Shown here piece by piece: positions 13,362 to 26,347 of a stretch of 64,000 bases of DNA. Numbering within the stretch: the stretch's first letter is position 1; every line of letters starts with the position of its first letter. The notes beneath the pieces were generated by a model. That model was not told where the DNA came from. It was given only the letters and a program-made list of their open reading frames with translations, and did not search any database. The position numbers were made by a program, and so were the translations under genes. This DNA is from Massalongia carnosa (taxonomy: Eukaryota). The stretch covers positions 744,001 to 808,000 of the forward strand of contig OZ287068.1 of assembly GCA_965645245.1 (NCBI GenBank), given 5' to 3'.

Positions 13362-15802
13362 TCATCCATCCTCGCTCCTCCCCCCAGCCCGCGTGCTTCG
13401 CTCGTAGAAATCCAGCGTCAGCGCGGCCATAAACGCCGGGATCGACCCTCGACCATCCACCCACTCGGCCACCAACCCCCCAATCTCGCGCGCGAACCCG
13501 CCGGCCGCGCCGCCGCTGATGGTCATTTTCCCGCCCTCGCCGTCGAACATGAGATATCCCTTTTCGCCTCCGTTGTCTGTGTCATCGTCGTCGTCGTCGT
13601 CGCCGCCGCCACCGCTGGGAGTGAAGAGGCTCGTGAGCCGATACTTGCCGCCAGGCGTGGGGTCCATTTGCCAGCCCAGCAAGGAGGCAACGGCCAGTCG
13701 GAGCGAGTGCCCCGTTTTCGACCACGCTTCCATGTGCCGCTGCATGCTCTTGTCCTTGTCACGCACCACCGCCTGCAGGGCCCGAATCTCGTCTCGCGCG
13801 CTGGCGAGGGAGGCCGCGGGCACGGATTGCGCAGGCGGGCTGCGGCGCTCGAGCTGGGCTAGAAGAGCCTGGTTTTCCTCCCGGAGAGTGGCAAGGGTGC
13901 TGAGTTTCAGGCCGGCAGCGGCGGCGGTAGGATTGTCGCGAAGCGCGAGAATGCGTGTTTGCGAGGCGGTTTTGAGAGCCGAGAGGTACGTATTAGTGGC
14001 AGCGTGGTCGGTCTGGAGCACTGCATGCTGCTGTTGAAGGGCGGAGAGAGTGTCTGCGAGCTGTCGGTTTTTGCGAGAGAGCTGGCCGATGCGCTCGTCG
14101 GGCTCGTCGGAGGGATGGGGCCGCTTCAAGGGCGGGGGGAGCTGCGGGCTTTGATTGGCCCCGTGCATAGAAATGGTTTCGTTAAGGGAATGGAGCTCGG
14201 AACGATATTGATCGACGAGGGACTCGAGGCTTTGGATGCGCTTGGTTTTTTGCCCGTCAAATTGATTTTCGGAGTGGTAGGTCAGTTCCTCGGAATCAAA
14301 GGTTTGGAGCTGTTCGCGGAGATATTCGACTTCTTTGACCGCAAGGGCTCGTTGGCGTTCGAGGCGTGTCTTTAAACGGCTGTCGCCCGCTCCGTTGGCT
14401 GTAGCGCGGATTTTCTCCATCTCCACCTTGATGCCATTTCGTTCATCCTCCAGGCTTTTGATAATCTCGTCCTTCTCGGAAAGTTCTGGATGTAACGCAC
14501 CTAACCGTTCCACCAAAGATGCATTTTCCAGACGTTGCTGAACCAATGCGCGGGCTAAAGCTTCTGGAGTATCAAACTCAACTCCGATGCCTGCTCCGGC
14601 TTCATTTTTGAGGTACGAAGTCCAGGACTGTCTCTCATCCTCAAGGATCTGGCGCTGAAGTTGTGCTTCCCTCAGATCCCGGCGTAAATCTTCCATCAGG
14701 CTGAGCTTGTGCTCCAACACCCGTTTCTCCTCTTCTACTATTTCTACGACCTTGTGGTTCCGCCTAAAATGTCTCAGCTCCGCGCTCTGATCTCTGTTTG
14801 TGGATTCAAGTTTTCGAATATGCGCTACCGTTTCTGATAGTTCTCTTTTAATCACAGCAAGCGTTTCTGCATCGCCATTTTGCGCCTTTAGCCTTAAGAC
14901 CTCACTCTCTAGCCGGCCCATTTCGGATTCTTTCTGAGACAGCCTTTCCTGCGTGGTCTGGAGAGTAGACGTTTTGTTCTCCAAGTCAGTCCGGAGATCA
15001 TTAAGGTTTTTTTGGAGCGTAACATGTTTAGACTCGATTTCTTGTAATTGGTGTTTGTACTGACGATCCACCGAAGAAAGCTCTGTTTGTCCCTCTTCCA
15101 CGTCTTCAATCAAAGACCGATTCTGTTCCTGCAGATTCCGTAGCTTCTTCTCCAAGTCTTGTTGCTGGTTTATTGCCTGGTCCTTCGTCTCCTTCAACTC
15201 TCGGCTTAAAGCCTCGTATTTGTGGCTTGTGACGTGTTTACTGCTCTCCGAAGCCTACAACATGTAATTAGGTTTGTTGATTCATTCAATCAAACCTTCA
15301 ACTGACCTGGGCCCTCTTGAAGTCTACTTCTGCTTTAATTTGTACATCGCGAAGCTCCTTCTCGTGCCTCAAGTTTGTGAACTCCCGCTCCTGTCTGAAA
15401 GACTCCAATTCATACTGCAAAGTTTTGACTTGAGCGCGAAGATCTTCGTTGCCAACATCTACTTCCTCGTGAGCACTTAGCTAATAAAGTCATGGGTGAG
15501 ACATGCCTGGTTTAACTGCCTGCGACTGGCGAAACGTCTGGTGCAAGGGAAGATGTGGCTGCGCAATAAGGTTGCCCGTGATGAAATCATATGCAGGCTG
15601 AGTATTTGCTATCCTGCTAGGTCTGAGCTGATACGTGTCAGCGATGATGCTGGGAAGCGCAAAGCATGAAATTCTCATCACCTACCCGAGAGCTGCCAAT
15701 CGTACTCAATTGCGCATCATGAAACTTGTCCCTATTCGCAGATTGCCCTCCCTCATCAAGAGCCTGACTGCGCCTTCGAGCTGGACGCATTGGAGAACTC
15801 AT
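13362..15802 (-). CDS. MAD1: Spindle assembly checkpoint protein Mad1, multi-exon 5' end
   Basis: Long coiled coil, VEIVEEEKR, RLERQRALAVKEVEYLREQL, Mad2-interaction-like RILALRDNPT, C-terminal AVASLLGW...IPAFMAALTLDFYE; start codon inferred. Confidence 0.88.
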
Positions 15803-16204
15803 GTTGACCCTAGCGGGCGCTTTACGTTTACAAGGCAAGAAGCATTTACGCAAACAGCGCTTCATCCCAAGCTAAGACCCCTGATCACATGACATACGAC
15901 TCTTCAAGCAAGTCAATGCGTAAATATTCTCCACTCGTTTCCGCGGCATTGAAGATTTACAAATCCAGCTTTGCTTGTTACGATTGGTTGATATCACCAT
16001 GAGGATATCATAAAATATATACCTGATTAGCGTACGAGTGGAGGGATCGAGCTCATAGTTCCTAAAAATCAAGGGGCCCGTAAGGATTACACCTACGAAT
16101 AAATAGTGATGGGAAGGGAGTCTTGACGCTGTTGCATCCAAGTTACTAACATATACGGAACTACAGTATGTCTCGAAGGAATCTTTCATTCTATTTATTA
16201 CCCT

Positions 16205-16795
16205 TCACTTCCCGACTTTCCCCCCGCTTCCGCAACCAGAAAACATATCATCGCTATCTGACGTAGCAGCTGCTGCAGAAAAGAAATCCTTTGTGCTAAC
16301 TCCAGCCCCAGTGTTCTCCGAGTCTGCGGGGCTGACGAAGAAGTTGTTCTGGTTGGCGCTGGCAAGCTGAAGTTGGGGCGCATCCGGTATGGCGAGATTA
16401 CCGGAAGTCGTAGAGTTTAAGTCGAGGGGGAACCGATTCGGCTTTGTGGGTGGCGGTGAGTAGGTGCCGTAAATTTGAGCGACAGACGGAAAATCGAGAG
16501 GGTTTTCGTATTGCGCTCCTATCGATGGGTCAGGGCCTTGACCGGTTTGGCCGACAGCCTGAGGATCTGCGCTTTCGGTCTCCGGCAGGCCGGCCACTGG
16601 CTCGATGGCTGAAGGTTCGACACTGGATTCATCATGTATTCCGCCCGGGGGAGGCTTCTTGCACGGGACCCAGTCCAACGAGTCGTCGGGGTTTGGGTCA
16701 TTGTAACCGCTATTATAGTAAGGGTTGTCGATTAATCCCTGACTCTTCGGGTAACAGTACTCGGCGCATCCTATTTCTTTGCGGAAAAAGCCCAA
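16205..16795 (-). CDS. Hypothetical protein (probably the last exon of a small spliced gene)
   Basis: 196-aa ORF with cysteines and a P/S/D-rich tail; no family recognised. Confidence 0.3.
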   Translation of the reverse strand: MGFFRKEIGCAEYCYPKSQGLIDNPYYNSGYNDPNPDDSLDWVPCKKPPPGGIHDESSVEPSAIEPVAGLPETESADPQAVGQTGQGPDPSIGAQYENPLDFPSVAQIYGTYSPPPTKPNRFPLDLNSTTSGNLAIPDAPQLQLASANQNNFFVSPADSENTGAGVSTKDFFSAAAATSDSDDMFSGCGSGGKVGK

Positions 16796-18283
16796 AGGGG
16801 GCTCGAGTTCAGCAAGGATTCATCCGAAGACTAATTAGCAAAACGATTTCCTCCATTCCGAAGGAGACCAAGCCTCTGCAAGCACCAGGGGGGAAAACAT
16901 GTATATCTTACTATCTCGAACCAGAAATGTGCAGGTTGGGTGTATGCTGAATTCCATACAAATAGTAGTCAGACCTAAAGCTGATATCTGTATAACGGGC
17001 TGAGATTATGAAGGTGTCACGCCGTAAGGGTTTCGTCTTTGGTCTCAACTGTTGGTAGTAGGGAATGACGGAGTCAATAATGATTCTGGGATGTTGAACC
17101 TGGTCGAAGACGAAGGGCGTGCCAGGGCAAATAGAAATTTTCTGTTAATACGAAGGCAGTACTTTTCGGTGGTCTAGACAGTTTAATCAGCGCAGGTGAA
17201 CCCGATGATGCTACTGATTGACGATAGGAATAGCAGTGACCCGCGAGGACCTACAGACTGATGCTAGATATTTTAAACCAGTTGGAAGAGAAAGAGTGAA
17301 ACGTATCCGTACTTACAAACGTAACCTGCGCATAGATATACAATGGGAGTTCAAGCATAATAATCCAACATTTCCATCGTAGTAAACCCATTGTTTGCTG
17401 GCGCGAATTGTATTATTATTTGAGGACGTTCGAAGCGGATTGCCCCTTCTCTTTTGAACCTTTGGCTGATTAGACGGGAAAACAAGTAAGGTGGCTGCGT
17501 TATTCGTGCCGTGTCCGACTCCAAGGCCCAACACAAAAACGGCAGACTTCGATGATATCTGTTATGGAAAATCCAAACTTCCATCTAAACATTAGGTTGT
17601 TAGCTAGTTATAAGAACGTAGAATGGCCTATTCAATTGATAATGAGTATCTTAAAACCATCGAGAAGCTCAGTAACAGAAGAACATTATGAGGAGCGAAT
17701 GCGCGCACTCTCACGGATACAACCCCACGTTATGGCGAAACACGGGGAAATGGCTGCTTCCGAGAGAGCTTTTCCCTAATGTTTGTGTGTGAAGTTAGCA
17801 AGGCGGGGGTGGATACTGCTGGTGCAAAGGAATGGCATTAGATGGTCAAGGCTCAAGAGGAACAAGAAAAATCAAAAAGATTCGGATGGTATGCAGCTAC
17901 CAATGCCAACGGCTCTCTTTCACTTGCTAAAGTACATTGTAACCATCCTGCTCGCACTTGCTGATGCAAGTCTCTAACGAGCTTCCACATAGACAAAAAG
18001 AACAGGTATCTGTTGCAACCAACCCCTGCCGCCGGTCAGGGGAACCAACCGGGGGTTTCTTAGAAGTGAAATAAAAGATCTGTGGCTCGCCGTAGCAGTG
18101 GCCATGATATTGAGAAATTTGGAAATATTGGCTGAGGACTCATCAAGAGATGGGAATACATTAGAAAAGTGGAGGCCAGGCCACATAGCTGAAATCTTCG
18201 CAATATATCGCTGGCATCGAAAGGTACATTTCCCGCCTTGACCTGCAATGATTATTATGTATCCTTCGTACACCCTGTGCTGA

Positions 18284-20207
18284 TTACAAGGCTTGTCCTG
18301 GGACCGGCTTCCGTAGCCTTTCTTGTTGATGCGAGAGTGGAATCATCTGGTCCGGTCTGGTAACAGCTTGTAAATGTAATGGAGTTCGTTCCATATTGTT
18401 CGCATTTGGATTCATGGGACTTGGGCCAGGGGGGCTATTTCTCCGCTCGCGGACCTGGCTTGCTGAATTGCTGCGTCTTTTCCCTCCTGGCGGTGGCATG
18501 TTAGGGCGCTGTGGTCCGCCACCGTAAGGTCCAGGGGACATGGATCGCTGAACAGGGCGAAGAACGGGTGAAGGTGACATCGATCTAGGATCACGGCCGT
18601 AGGGATTTGGAGGCCCACGGCTACTAGCAGGCGATGATGGACGTTGTTGGGGGCCGCCGAACATACCTGGAGGTGGAGGTCCTCTTGGAGCAGGGCCACG
18701 ATCTCCCGGGGTACGTGGCTTAACAGGCCGAGCAGAAAGGCAGGTACGAGGTGCAACACCTTGCTCTGAGCGGTCAAGACGAATGCAAAGAGCCTAGGGA
18801 ATGTGTGTTAGTAGCTACACGTTTATATATACGGAGTTGAACGAGTCTTACCCATCCATCGTCATATTCATGTAAAAGTCTTACAAGCTGACCGGCCTGC
18901 AGCCCAATCTCATCCTCCATGGATGGCTTGAAGTCCAGCTGAATGCGATGAACGCTGCTAAGCGGCGGGCCATGCGTGAAAGCTCCAGGAGACACCACTG
19001 TTAAACTGTACTCTGAAGCTCCGCTGGGTGCAGGTGAGGCGGAGCGAGTCGGGGTCAAGTTGTGTTGATTGGGTATGTTATGACGCTCGGCCCGAGCAGC
19101 CGCAGCCGCAGCAGCATTCGAGGCCTCTGGCGTAGGAGTTTTAACACGAAGAGGGGCAGGAATCTCTGCTGGAGGGGGCAAGTTTGATCCCAATCTAGAT
19201 TGGTCTGATGTAGCTGCATGATTCCCAAAGGGATTGGTCGGTGTGTTTGCTTGGATTGGTAGCACGTTCTTGTCCGATACTTCTGCGTGGTTGCCAAATG
19301 GATCTGTCGCCTCACCGACTTGCTTCGATGCCGACGGTTTCTCCGAATATTGCTCGCTTGGTACATGCAGCCCAACCTGAATTGGACCACCCGTTGTAGC
19401 CAAGGCGTTGCCGCTTTTCCGACGCGATCCAAGATCCGGCAGGAATTGCGTCACAGGGCGCAGGCTCAGGCGTGGCGCGGTGGCAGTTGTCTGCGTAGAC
19501 TGCGTGCTCAGTGTCCGCTCAATCATAGGTTTGCCAATTTGGGCTTTCTCGTCATCGGTCTTCTCGTAAGCTTTTTTTTGCTTCTTGTTGCGTCGCAGAC
19601 AGCAGAAACCCACGGCTAGCAAGACACCAATGCACAAAAGTATACCAATCGCGAGCCCAGCCTTTGCTCCACCCGACATGCCTGGGGACTCTGTTGTAGG
19701 AACCGCAGTTGGAGTAGCTGAAACGGCGCCGCTGGCCGCGGAGTTATCGACCAAAGACGAGCCTGTAGGAACAGAAGCTCGAGTGGAGTGCGCAGACGTT
19801 GCAGAAACCGAGTCCGTTACAGGTGTTGTCGTCACAGCTTTTGAGGCACTCGAAGAAGCAGAGGCAGCTTTGATTTGGGAGGTGGCAGAAGCGGTCTCTG
19901 CGGGGTCTGCTTTGGACTTTTGTGTCGCATGAGCTTTGGTGATCTCTGCTTCGCTAGAACTTGCGTCTTTGATTGACTCTGGTTCCGTGGTAGGGTGAGC
20001 TTTAGCCGACTCAGGTGCAGCAGAATTCATGTCGTCTTTAGAGCCATCCATCGTTTTATATCCTCCAATGGGGCCATCAAATGTCTTTGACGCGGTCACA
20101 TAGACAACTGAAACCACAGTGGCACCATTTCCCTGTGCTGGCTCCGCATTCCGGATGCGATGAGCTTCTTGCTTGTGCTGGTGATGAACATGATTATGGA
20201 GAGGCAT
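18284..20207 (-). CDS. Single-pass membrane protein with S/T-rich ectodomain, SH3 domain and Pro-rich tail (Fus1-like architecture)
   Basis: TM AGLAIGILLCIGVLLAVGFCCL; SH3 VHRIQLDFKPSMEDEI..VRLLHEYDDGW, intron 18852-18794, then ALCIRLDRSEQGVAPRTCL. Confidence 0.85.
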
Positions 20208-21436
20208 TGCGAAAGATTGAATGAAATCAACGAGAGACCTCGCAGCTATGGATTATCCAGTCGATCACCCTCGCCTTGTTCGTCGAGGATCGTAGGTGGT
20301 GAACGAAGTATTAATATCCGGTTTCCTGAGAGGGTATTTCACTTCCCTCTGCTGGAATGTAAATAAGAGACAAAAGAGCGTACACGATTGCTGTGCCTGC
20401 CGATAAAAGAAGGATGACAGACAGCAAAAACGTGGGGGGGGACTTCAAAGTAGGTAAAGTGCGTTGAATGAGGAATGACAAAGAACGTGGGTGAGGTGGA
20501 GGTGAGGGAGCGCGATGAGGAAGATCTTTCTACATTGGCGGGGAGTGTTGAGGTGCTGGAAAAGGGACAAAAGATCAGAAAAGCGCGAAAATAGACGAAA
20601 TTGCGGTGCACTCAATCGGGATGCGCTAGTAGGGCTAAGCTTCCAGGAACCGCTATACTGTTTCGGTGCTAGTTAACGCGAGTTTACCCAGAGGCCCGAT
20701 TGGAGTCGCAATTTCTTCCTTCACCCATCTTCGTCCCTCTCACTGGTTATTGCAGAACAAAAAACGGGATTGCGACCAATGTCACGTTTCAGCTTCCCGT
20801 CAAAGACTTTTGTTCCAAGATGTATCTTCTTTCTACTTCACGAGGCAACATTCACTCGGACCAGCTTTCCGGGAAGGGTGGGAGGCATGAAAATCTGCAG
20901 CATGCAGTACGGAGTACTTTGTATTGATTTTGCGATCTGGGAATGCACGTCAATGGATCATGGGCGCCTGATGTGATTGATGATACATAGATACATACGT
21001 CTAGGTAAGGTTCTTTCTTTGGGCCGTTGTTCTTAGGCCCAATCTAAGCGATCATGTGGCGTAACTTAGAGGCTCGAGTCACACACAGGTCACAGCGACC
21101 TACAACTGGCTGACATTGGATGGAACAAATCATGCAAGAAATCATTTGCCTGCACAAGGAAAGAATCCTTCCACATGCAATATATATCATGGCTACAGAG
21201 CACTCCGTTCAGAGTAGTTACCTGTAGCACCAGAACGAGGATCCTAGAGGTACCGAGGTACCTAAGTACCCAAGTGCCTACGTGGCTGGAATGTTAATCA
21301 ATGCACAGAATACCTTGGTAGCTTGTGCCGTAAACAGTCAAAACGGCCTAAAAAAACACCGTGGAGCTGTGACGCCGTGAAGCCGAGTTCAGAGATAGGT
21401 ATAATATTTCACAGAACGCTTTGTAGTTATACGTAC

Positions 21437-24388
21437 TCAATTAGCTATATACTTACCACTCACCACTTTCCGCACCAGGGCCACCTCCTTCCAAGTCCCT
21501 GACGAGCCTACTGCCGCTCCCTCGTCGGCAAATGGGTTAGCCCCACCTTCTACACCAACGCTAGTCATCTGGCTTAGGCTCAGGCCACTTCCTAGCCCTG
21601 CGGAGTCCTCGCCGCTGATCTCCCACCTCACCTCGACGCTGCCAGGTTTGGCTTCAGACTCGGTGCTGAAACGGGCAAGGAGCTTCTGAGGCGCTTCGGC
21701 GTAGCCGTCCAGGGCAACGTCCCCTAGTTTCCAGTATATAAGTGATTTCTCCTTAGAAAAAGTGCCGACGGGTTTGGATTGGCAATTGAGCGCTTTGGCG
21801 TGCTCGATGTTGATGATGACAGTGACGTTTCTGAGGGTGACACTTCTTTTGACGGGAGATACGAAGGCGGGATTGAACGAATAGCTGAGTATGACAGATG
21901 CCTGGGTTGACTCAATCTTCCAGCTCGGATTCAAAATCATCGGTGCATGGGCGGCAAGGTTGGACTCTTCAAGATGGACCTGGTACTTGAAGGCCACGGT
22001 GGTGCGGGGAATTTGGGATAAACTGACAGAGTACTCCCCAGACCGCGATGGTAGTTGTGTGATGAAGGTAGGATTGGGAGCCACTTTCTCAAGCACAGGG
22101 AAATTCTCTAGTCTGATGTTTTCCCTCCCTGAAGGAGAGGTAGCCCCGCCTGGGTTGTGGGCTAAAGCAAGCTCGCCAATGACAACGGCTCGGGTTACTT
22201 GGCCTTGAGAAAAGCAAGCGCTAACGGTCTCAACCGCTGATGCATTGAGGCCTGGGAAGTACATCTCAGGGTGCTTTATGGGCGCGTTCATCATGCTGCT
22301 CATGGAATGCGAGGATCTGACGGACTGAGCATCTGAATTATGAGGAGCTTCTGGAGATAAGGGGACCGCTCTAGCGACGAGGAAAGGAGATCCTGATGAT
22401 GGCATAGGTGAATCTCCAATGTTGGGAACTTCGGGTGTTTGCGGTGAAGGTACAAATATAGTATTTCTCACATCTCGCCGACCTCGATTTACTGTGGGTT
22501 TGCGGGGGGTAGCCACTTGCTGTATCCATGTAAGCGCGATAAAAGCATATGCCAAAAGGATGACCGCCACTGACTGCTCGTAAAGTATTGGCAACATTAG
22601 ATAGGGCTGACTGCGCGTCACTGTCTTCTTCTTTGATTGGATCGCTTCTTATGTCCAATCTAAATTGAGGTTCTAGTTCTCTGGTTTTTTGTCAGCCAGT
22701 TCTTTTTATGTGATACAGATCAATCGTACGATATGCCAGCTTCCTGCTGCGCGCGTGATATGTCATCACTACTCGGAGGTGGTATGTTGAAGCCGTCCAC
22801 GTCACGCTGAATCTAAAAAAAATCAGCTAGAACCAGAGTTAATTGGTCAACCAAAAGCACGAACCTCTGCGGGAGGCTCAGGCGCAGACATTGACTGCTG
22901 GTCTTGACGCTGAGCTTGATCATGACTTGCTTGAGCTCCATTGTTTGTAGGCAGGCTCGAAGATCTGATAGGTGGAGGCAGGGTTCTCTCTCCGTTCATC
23001 TCGTCGTCTGCCCGGCGCTGCTCCGCATGCGGCTGAAAATTTTCCGTTGGAGTCCTTACGTGGGGTTGTGGTGATGGAGGTTCTCTATGAAACGAAGAAG
23101 AGTTCAAGTTCACCACGGACGCTTCTGGCGATGGAATTGTTTGCATATTCTTCGAGCTAGTCCCTCGTCTAAGCGGATTTAGGTTTGGTCGCGACCGCTT
23201 CTCAGGGGTTGATGGACGATCTATAGATTTGGAGTTTTGACGTCGCCGACCCATAACGGTCCCAAATCGCTTTAGGCCCCCGAATGGCGAGCGGCGCTGA
23301 TCTGGGCCTGCTTGGCTTTAGCCTTTGTTGTTCTGAAGAAAAGAACGTAACAAACCTGGAATAGGCCCGGATCTCGGAGCCCCCCCGGACACGAACGATC
23401 TTTCGCTAGCACCGTCATCATGTGATCGAATGGGTGGCGGAGGCACCAATGAGTTGTTTGTGGCAGACCGACTCTTTTGTCTTGATGCCAAAGACGGTCT
23501 GGCCCCAGACATCCTTGCCGCAAAAGTCGAGATCTCATCGGCGGTATCCACATTAAGAAGCGCGTTCAGACAACCCTCGGCAGCGATACGAGTTTTCTCG
23601 ACCTGGTCGATCTCGTGTGTCTGGAACTGGGTGAGGACATCCCGAAGATGATTTACTCGGTTTTCGTCAAGCGCCTGAAGGCGCTCAAAAACATAAGGTG
23701 CCTGAGATTCCCACTGCTGAGCAGCATTTTGAACATCAGACGTTGCATTCGAGACCTTTGTCGCCGAAGATTTTCCGCCCTTGACCTTCTCAATCCGTTT
23801 CTGTGCAATTTCTAGATCCTTTCCCACCGAAGCCAAATTCCCTTGTATAGTACTCATAGCTTGCATCTCCTTGTTTTTGCTTTGATAGTCTCGCAAAGGG
23901 CGCTCTATATCTGCTTCGATTTTCTGCGCAAGGGTACCATGGGATTGAGCGAGAGTTTGCGTAGCGCTAACGATGTTTTGCCATGCCGTTTGGAATACTC
24001 TGCTACCACTCAGCATAGCTCCTCAATAAAACAACTGTGTCAAGGGTATACCCAAGCTCGGAGGATACATCCTGCGGTCGCCTGCTTGCAAGCCTCTTCA
24101 AGCCTTGGACATACGCTTCTTCGATGCGCCGTCGCTCCTGCGCCAATGGTGAGCGGATGCTTGGTCTTAGCGTTGAGGATAACCACATACGCCTAGCCAG
24201 TCAGCAATATCACAATTGATCTTTCTAATCAATTTAATCCTTTCTTCCAAAACCGTGACAGCTTGACCGGGTTGCAAAGATCCCTGGATTTGAACAGTGA
24301 GCGCATGCCCACCGCGTGTAGGGGGTTTCTTGCAGAGAGGTTGAGCGCCTACCAACAAAGCTGGATATTCGGAGCGGGAGAAGTCCAT
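21437..24388 (-). CDS. SYP1: Muniscin/Syp1 endocytic adaptor (F-BAR plus mu-homology domain), multi-exon
   Basis: MDFSRSEYPALL start, ERRRIEEAYV, WESQAPYVFERLQALDENR, PGLNASAVETVSA..GELAL, FPVLEKVAPN, VVSGKY end. Confidence 0.9.
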
Positions 24389-24905
24389 GCTGATTATGTC
24401 CAACCTGAGCGATGAATACAGAAATTATGTGATGAAATACATGATTAAGACCCTTCGGCCTTCGGAGCATTCAGTGAAGAAGACTCAGGAATAGGATCTT
24501 TGTAGGGTTTCGGAAGCGGGTAACGGAGTCGTAAGCAGTAGTTAAATTGAGTAGCGCGGCGCCATATCCGATATAGGTTCGAAAACACGTGATATCGAAG
24601 AGTTAACCATGAATCGTCAAACGACAAAGAACTTACTACGTAGACTTTGCACTTTACACTTTGCACTTTGCCTTTGAGTGTGAAGGTGTTTCTGGCAAAG
24701 CTTCCATTTGACATGTCAACTCTCAGTCGGAACTACTTGCCTTTCTTCCGAGGTTGATGACGAGAAATTTTGGTTTCTGACCACCTTTCTTTTAAAGGCG
24801 TTGCTCTTGGATTTGTCAATCTCTCCATAGGCTGACTACCCAGGCCATATGGCGTTGTGAAGAAAAAAAGGATTGTTCATTCAGGGAAATCACTGGCGTT
24901 GCGAG

Positions 24906-26347
24906 ATGAGTGGTATGGAAGGCTGGCGGTCTAGCCTGAATTTCTCCGACCGTATGAGCTCAGTGTTGACGATGTAAGTGATTCTTCACCAAGCAAAAGA
25001 TTATATTAGCTGACCTCTTCCAGCACAGCATCTTATCAGTCGGCATTTCCAAAGACTTCTCTTTTAGAAGCACAGAGAGAGGGTAGAACCATAGAAGTTG
25101 ACATACTTGCTCAGGCCTCGTCTTACGAAGGTATCGCCAACCCCATAGAGCGCCACCAGCCGATGATACTAACAACACCACAAGTTAGATTACAACACAC
25201 TCATCCACAAGAAAATTGCAGGTCTCAACGCTCTCTCTAGCTTTCAAACTCCCGAAAAACATATTGAAACTCCGCTCGCGGAGCAAATCCCTCCTGGCCA
25301 GCAAATCGGCCCCTACAGCAACGCAACCTACCACCAACGCGGCCTCTTCTCCACCATCTACAAAGCCCAAACACCAGACTCTACCCTTCTCGCGCTAAAA
25401 GTGACAACCCCATCCCAAGCACTTCCCCCTCATGATCCCTACCGCGAAGCCCGGATCCTCAACCACGTCGTGCATCCCTCCATCATACCCCTGCTGTCCG
25501 CCTCCACCTTACCTGGTGGTCTCTATCTTCTCGTCTTCCCCTTTGTCCCTTTCGATCTCGATACTCTGCTTCATACCCACTTGCGTGAAGGTCATGCCCT
25601 TTCCCACGCCTGCTCAATCCTTCATGACCTCTTCTCCGCCCTCGCCCATCTCCACTCCCTAGGCATTATCCACCGCGACGTCAAACCCTCTAACATCCTC
25701 CTCGCTTCCCCCGCCGGCCCAGCCTACCTGGCCGACTTCGGCATCGCATGGATGCCCGGGGACCGAGCGTCCGAGCCAGCAGAGCAGAAAGTTACTGATG
25801 TGGGCACAACGTCGTATCGCCCTCCCGAGCTTCTCTTTGGTCATGCGGCATATGGATGCTCTATAGATTTGTGGGCCGCGGGATGCGTCGTAGCGGAGCT
25901 TTTTCTCGAATATGGCAAGACTCTTTTTGATTCTGGCGCATTGGGGAGCGAGTTAGCTTTGATCCAATCGATCTTCAAGACACTGGGAACGCCTACACTG
26001 AAGATTTGGCCCGTACGTGGGAGAAACCAGCTTTCGGAATTGATGATGCATTTGCATTTGAAGAGAGCTGTATGCTAACATGAGCATCACCAGGAAGCAG
26101 CCCAATTCTCCGCATGGGGGAAAATCGAATTCTACATCTTCCCACCCAAACCGTGGGTAGAAGTACTACCAAACGCCTCAAAAAACGCGAGGGATCTCGT
26201 CAGTCAATTGGTGCGTTATGAAAGCCGGACGAGATTAGATGCTAGCAATGTAAGCTGAGTGAAGATTTTTTCTTCAGTTTCACGCACTAACATCCTTCCT
26301 CCCTTCAGGCCCTAGAGCATCCCTTTTTTCAAGATCTCCATTCTTGA
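24906..26347 (+). CDS. CMGC Ser/Thr kinase, CAK1/Csk1-like CDK-activating kinase, multi-exon
   Basis: GLFSTIYKA (no canonical Gly loop), LALK, IIHRDVKPSNILL, LADFG, VGTTSYRPPELLFG, DLWAAG, LGTP..WP, ALEHPFF; start inferred. Confidence 0.75.
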
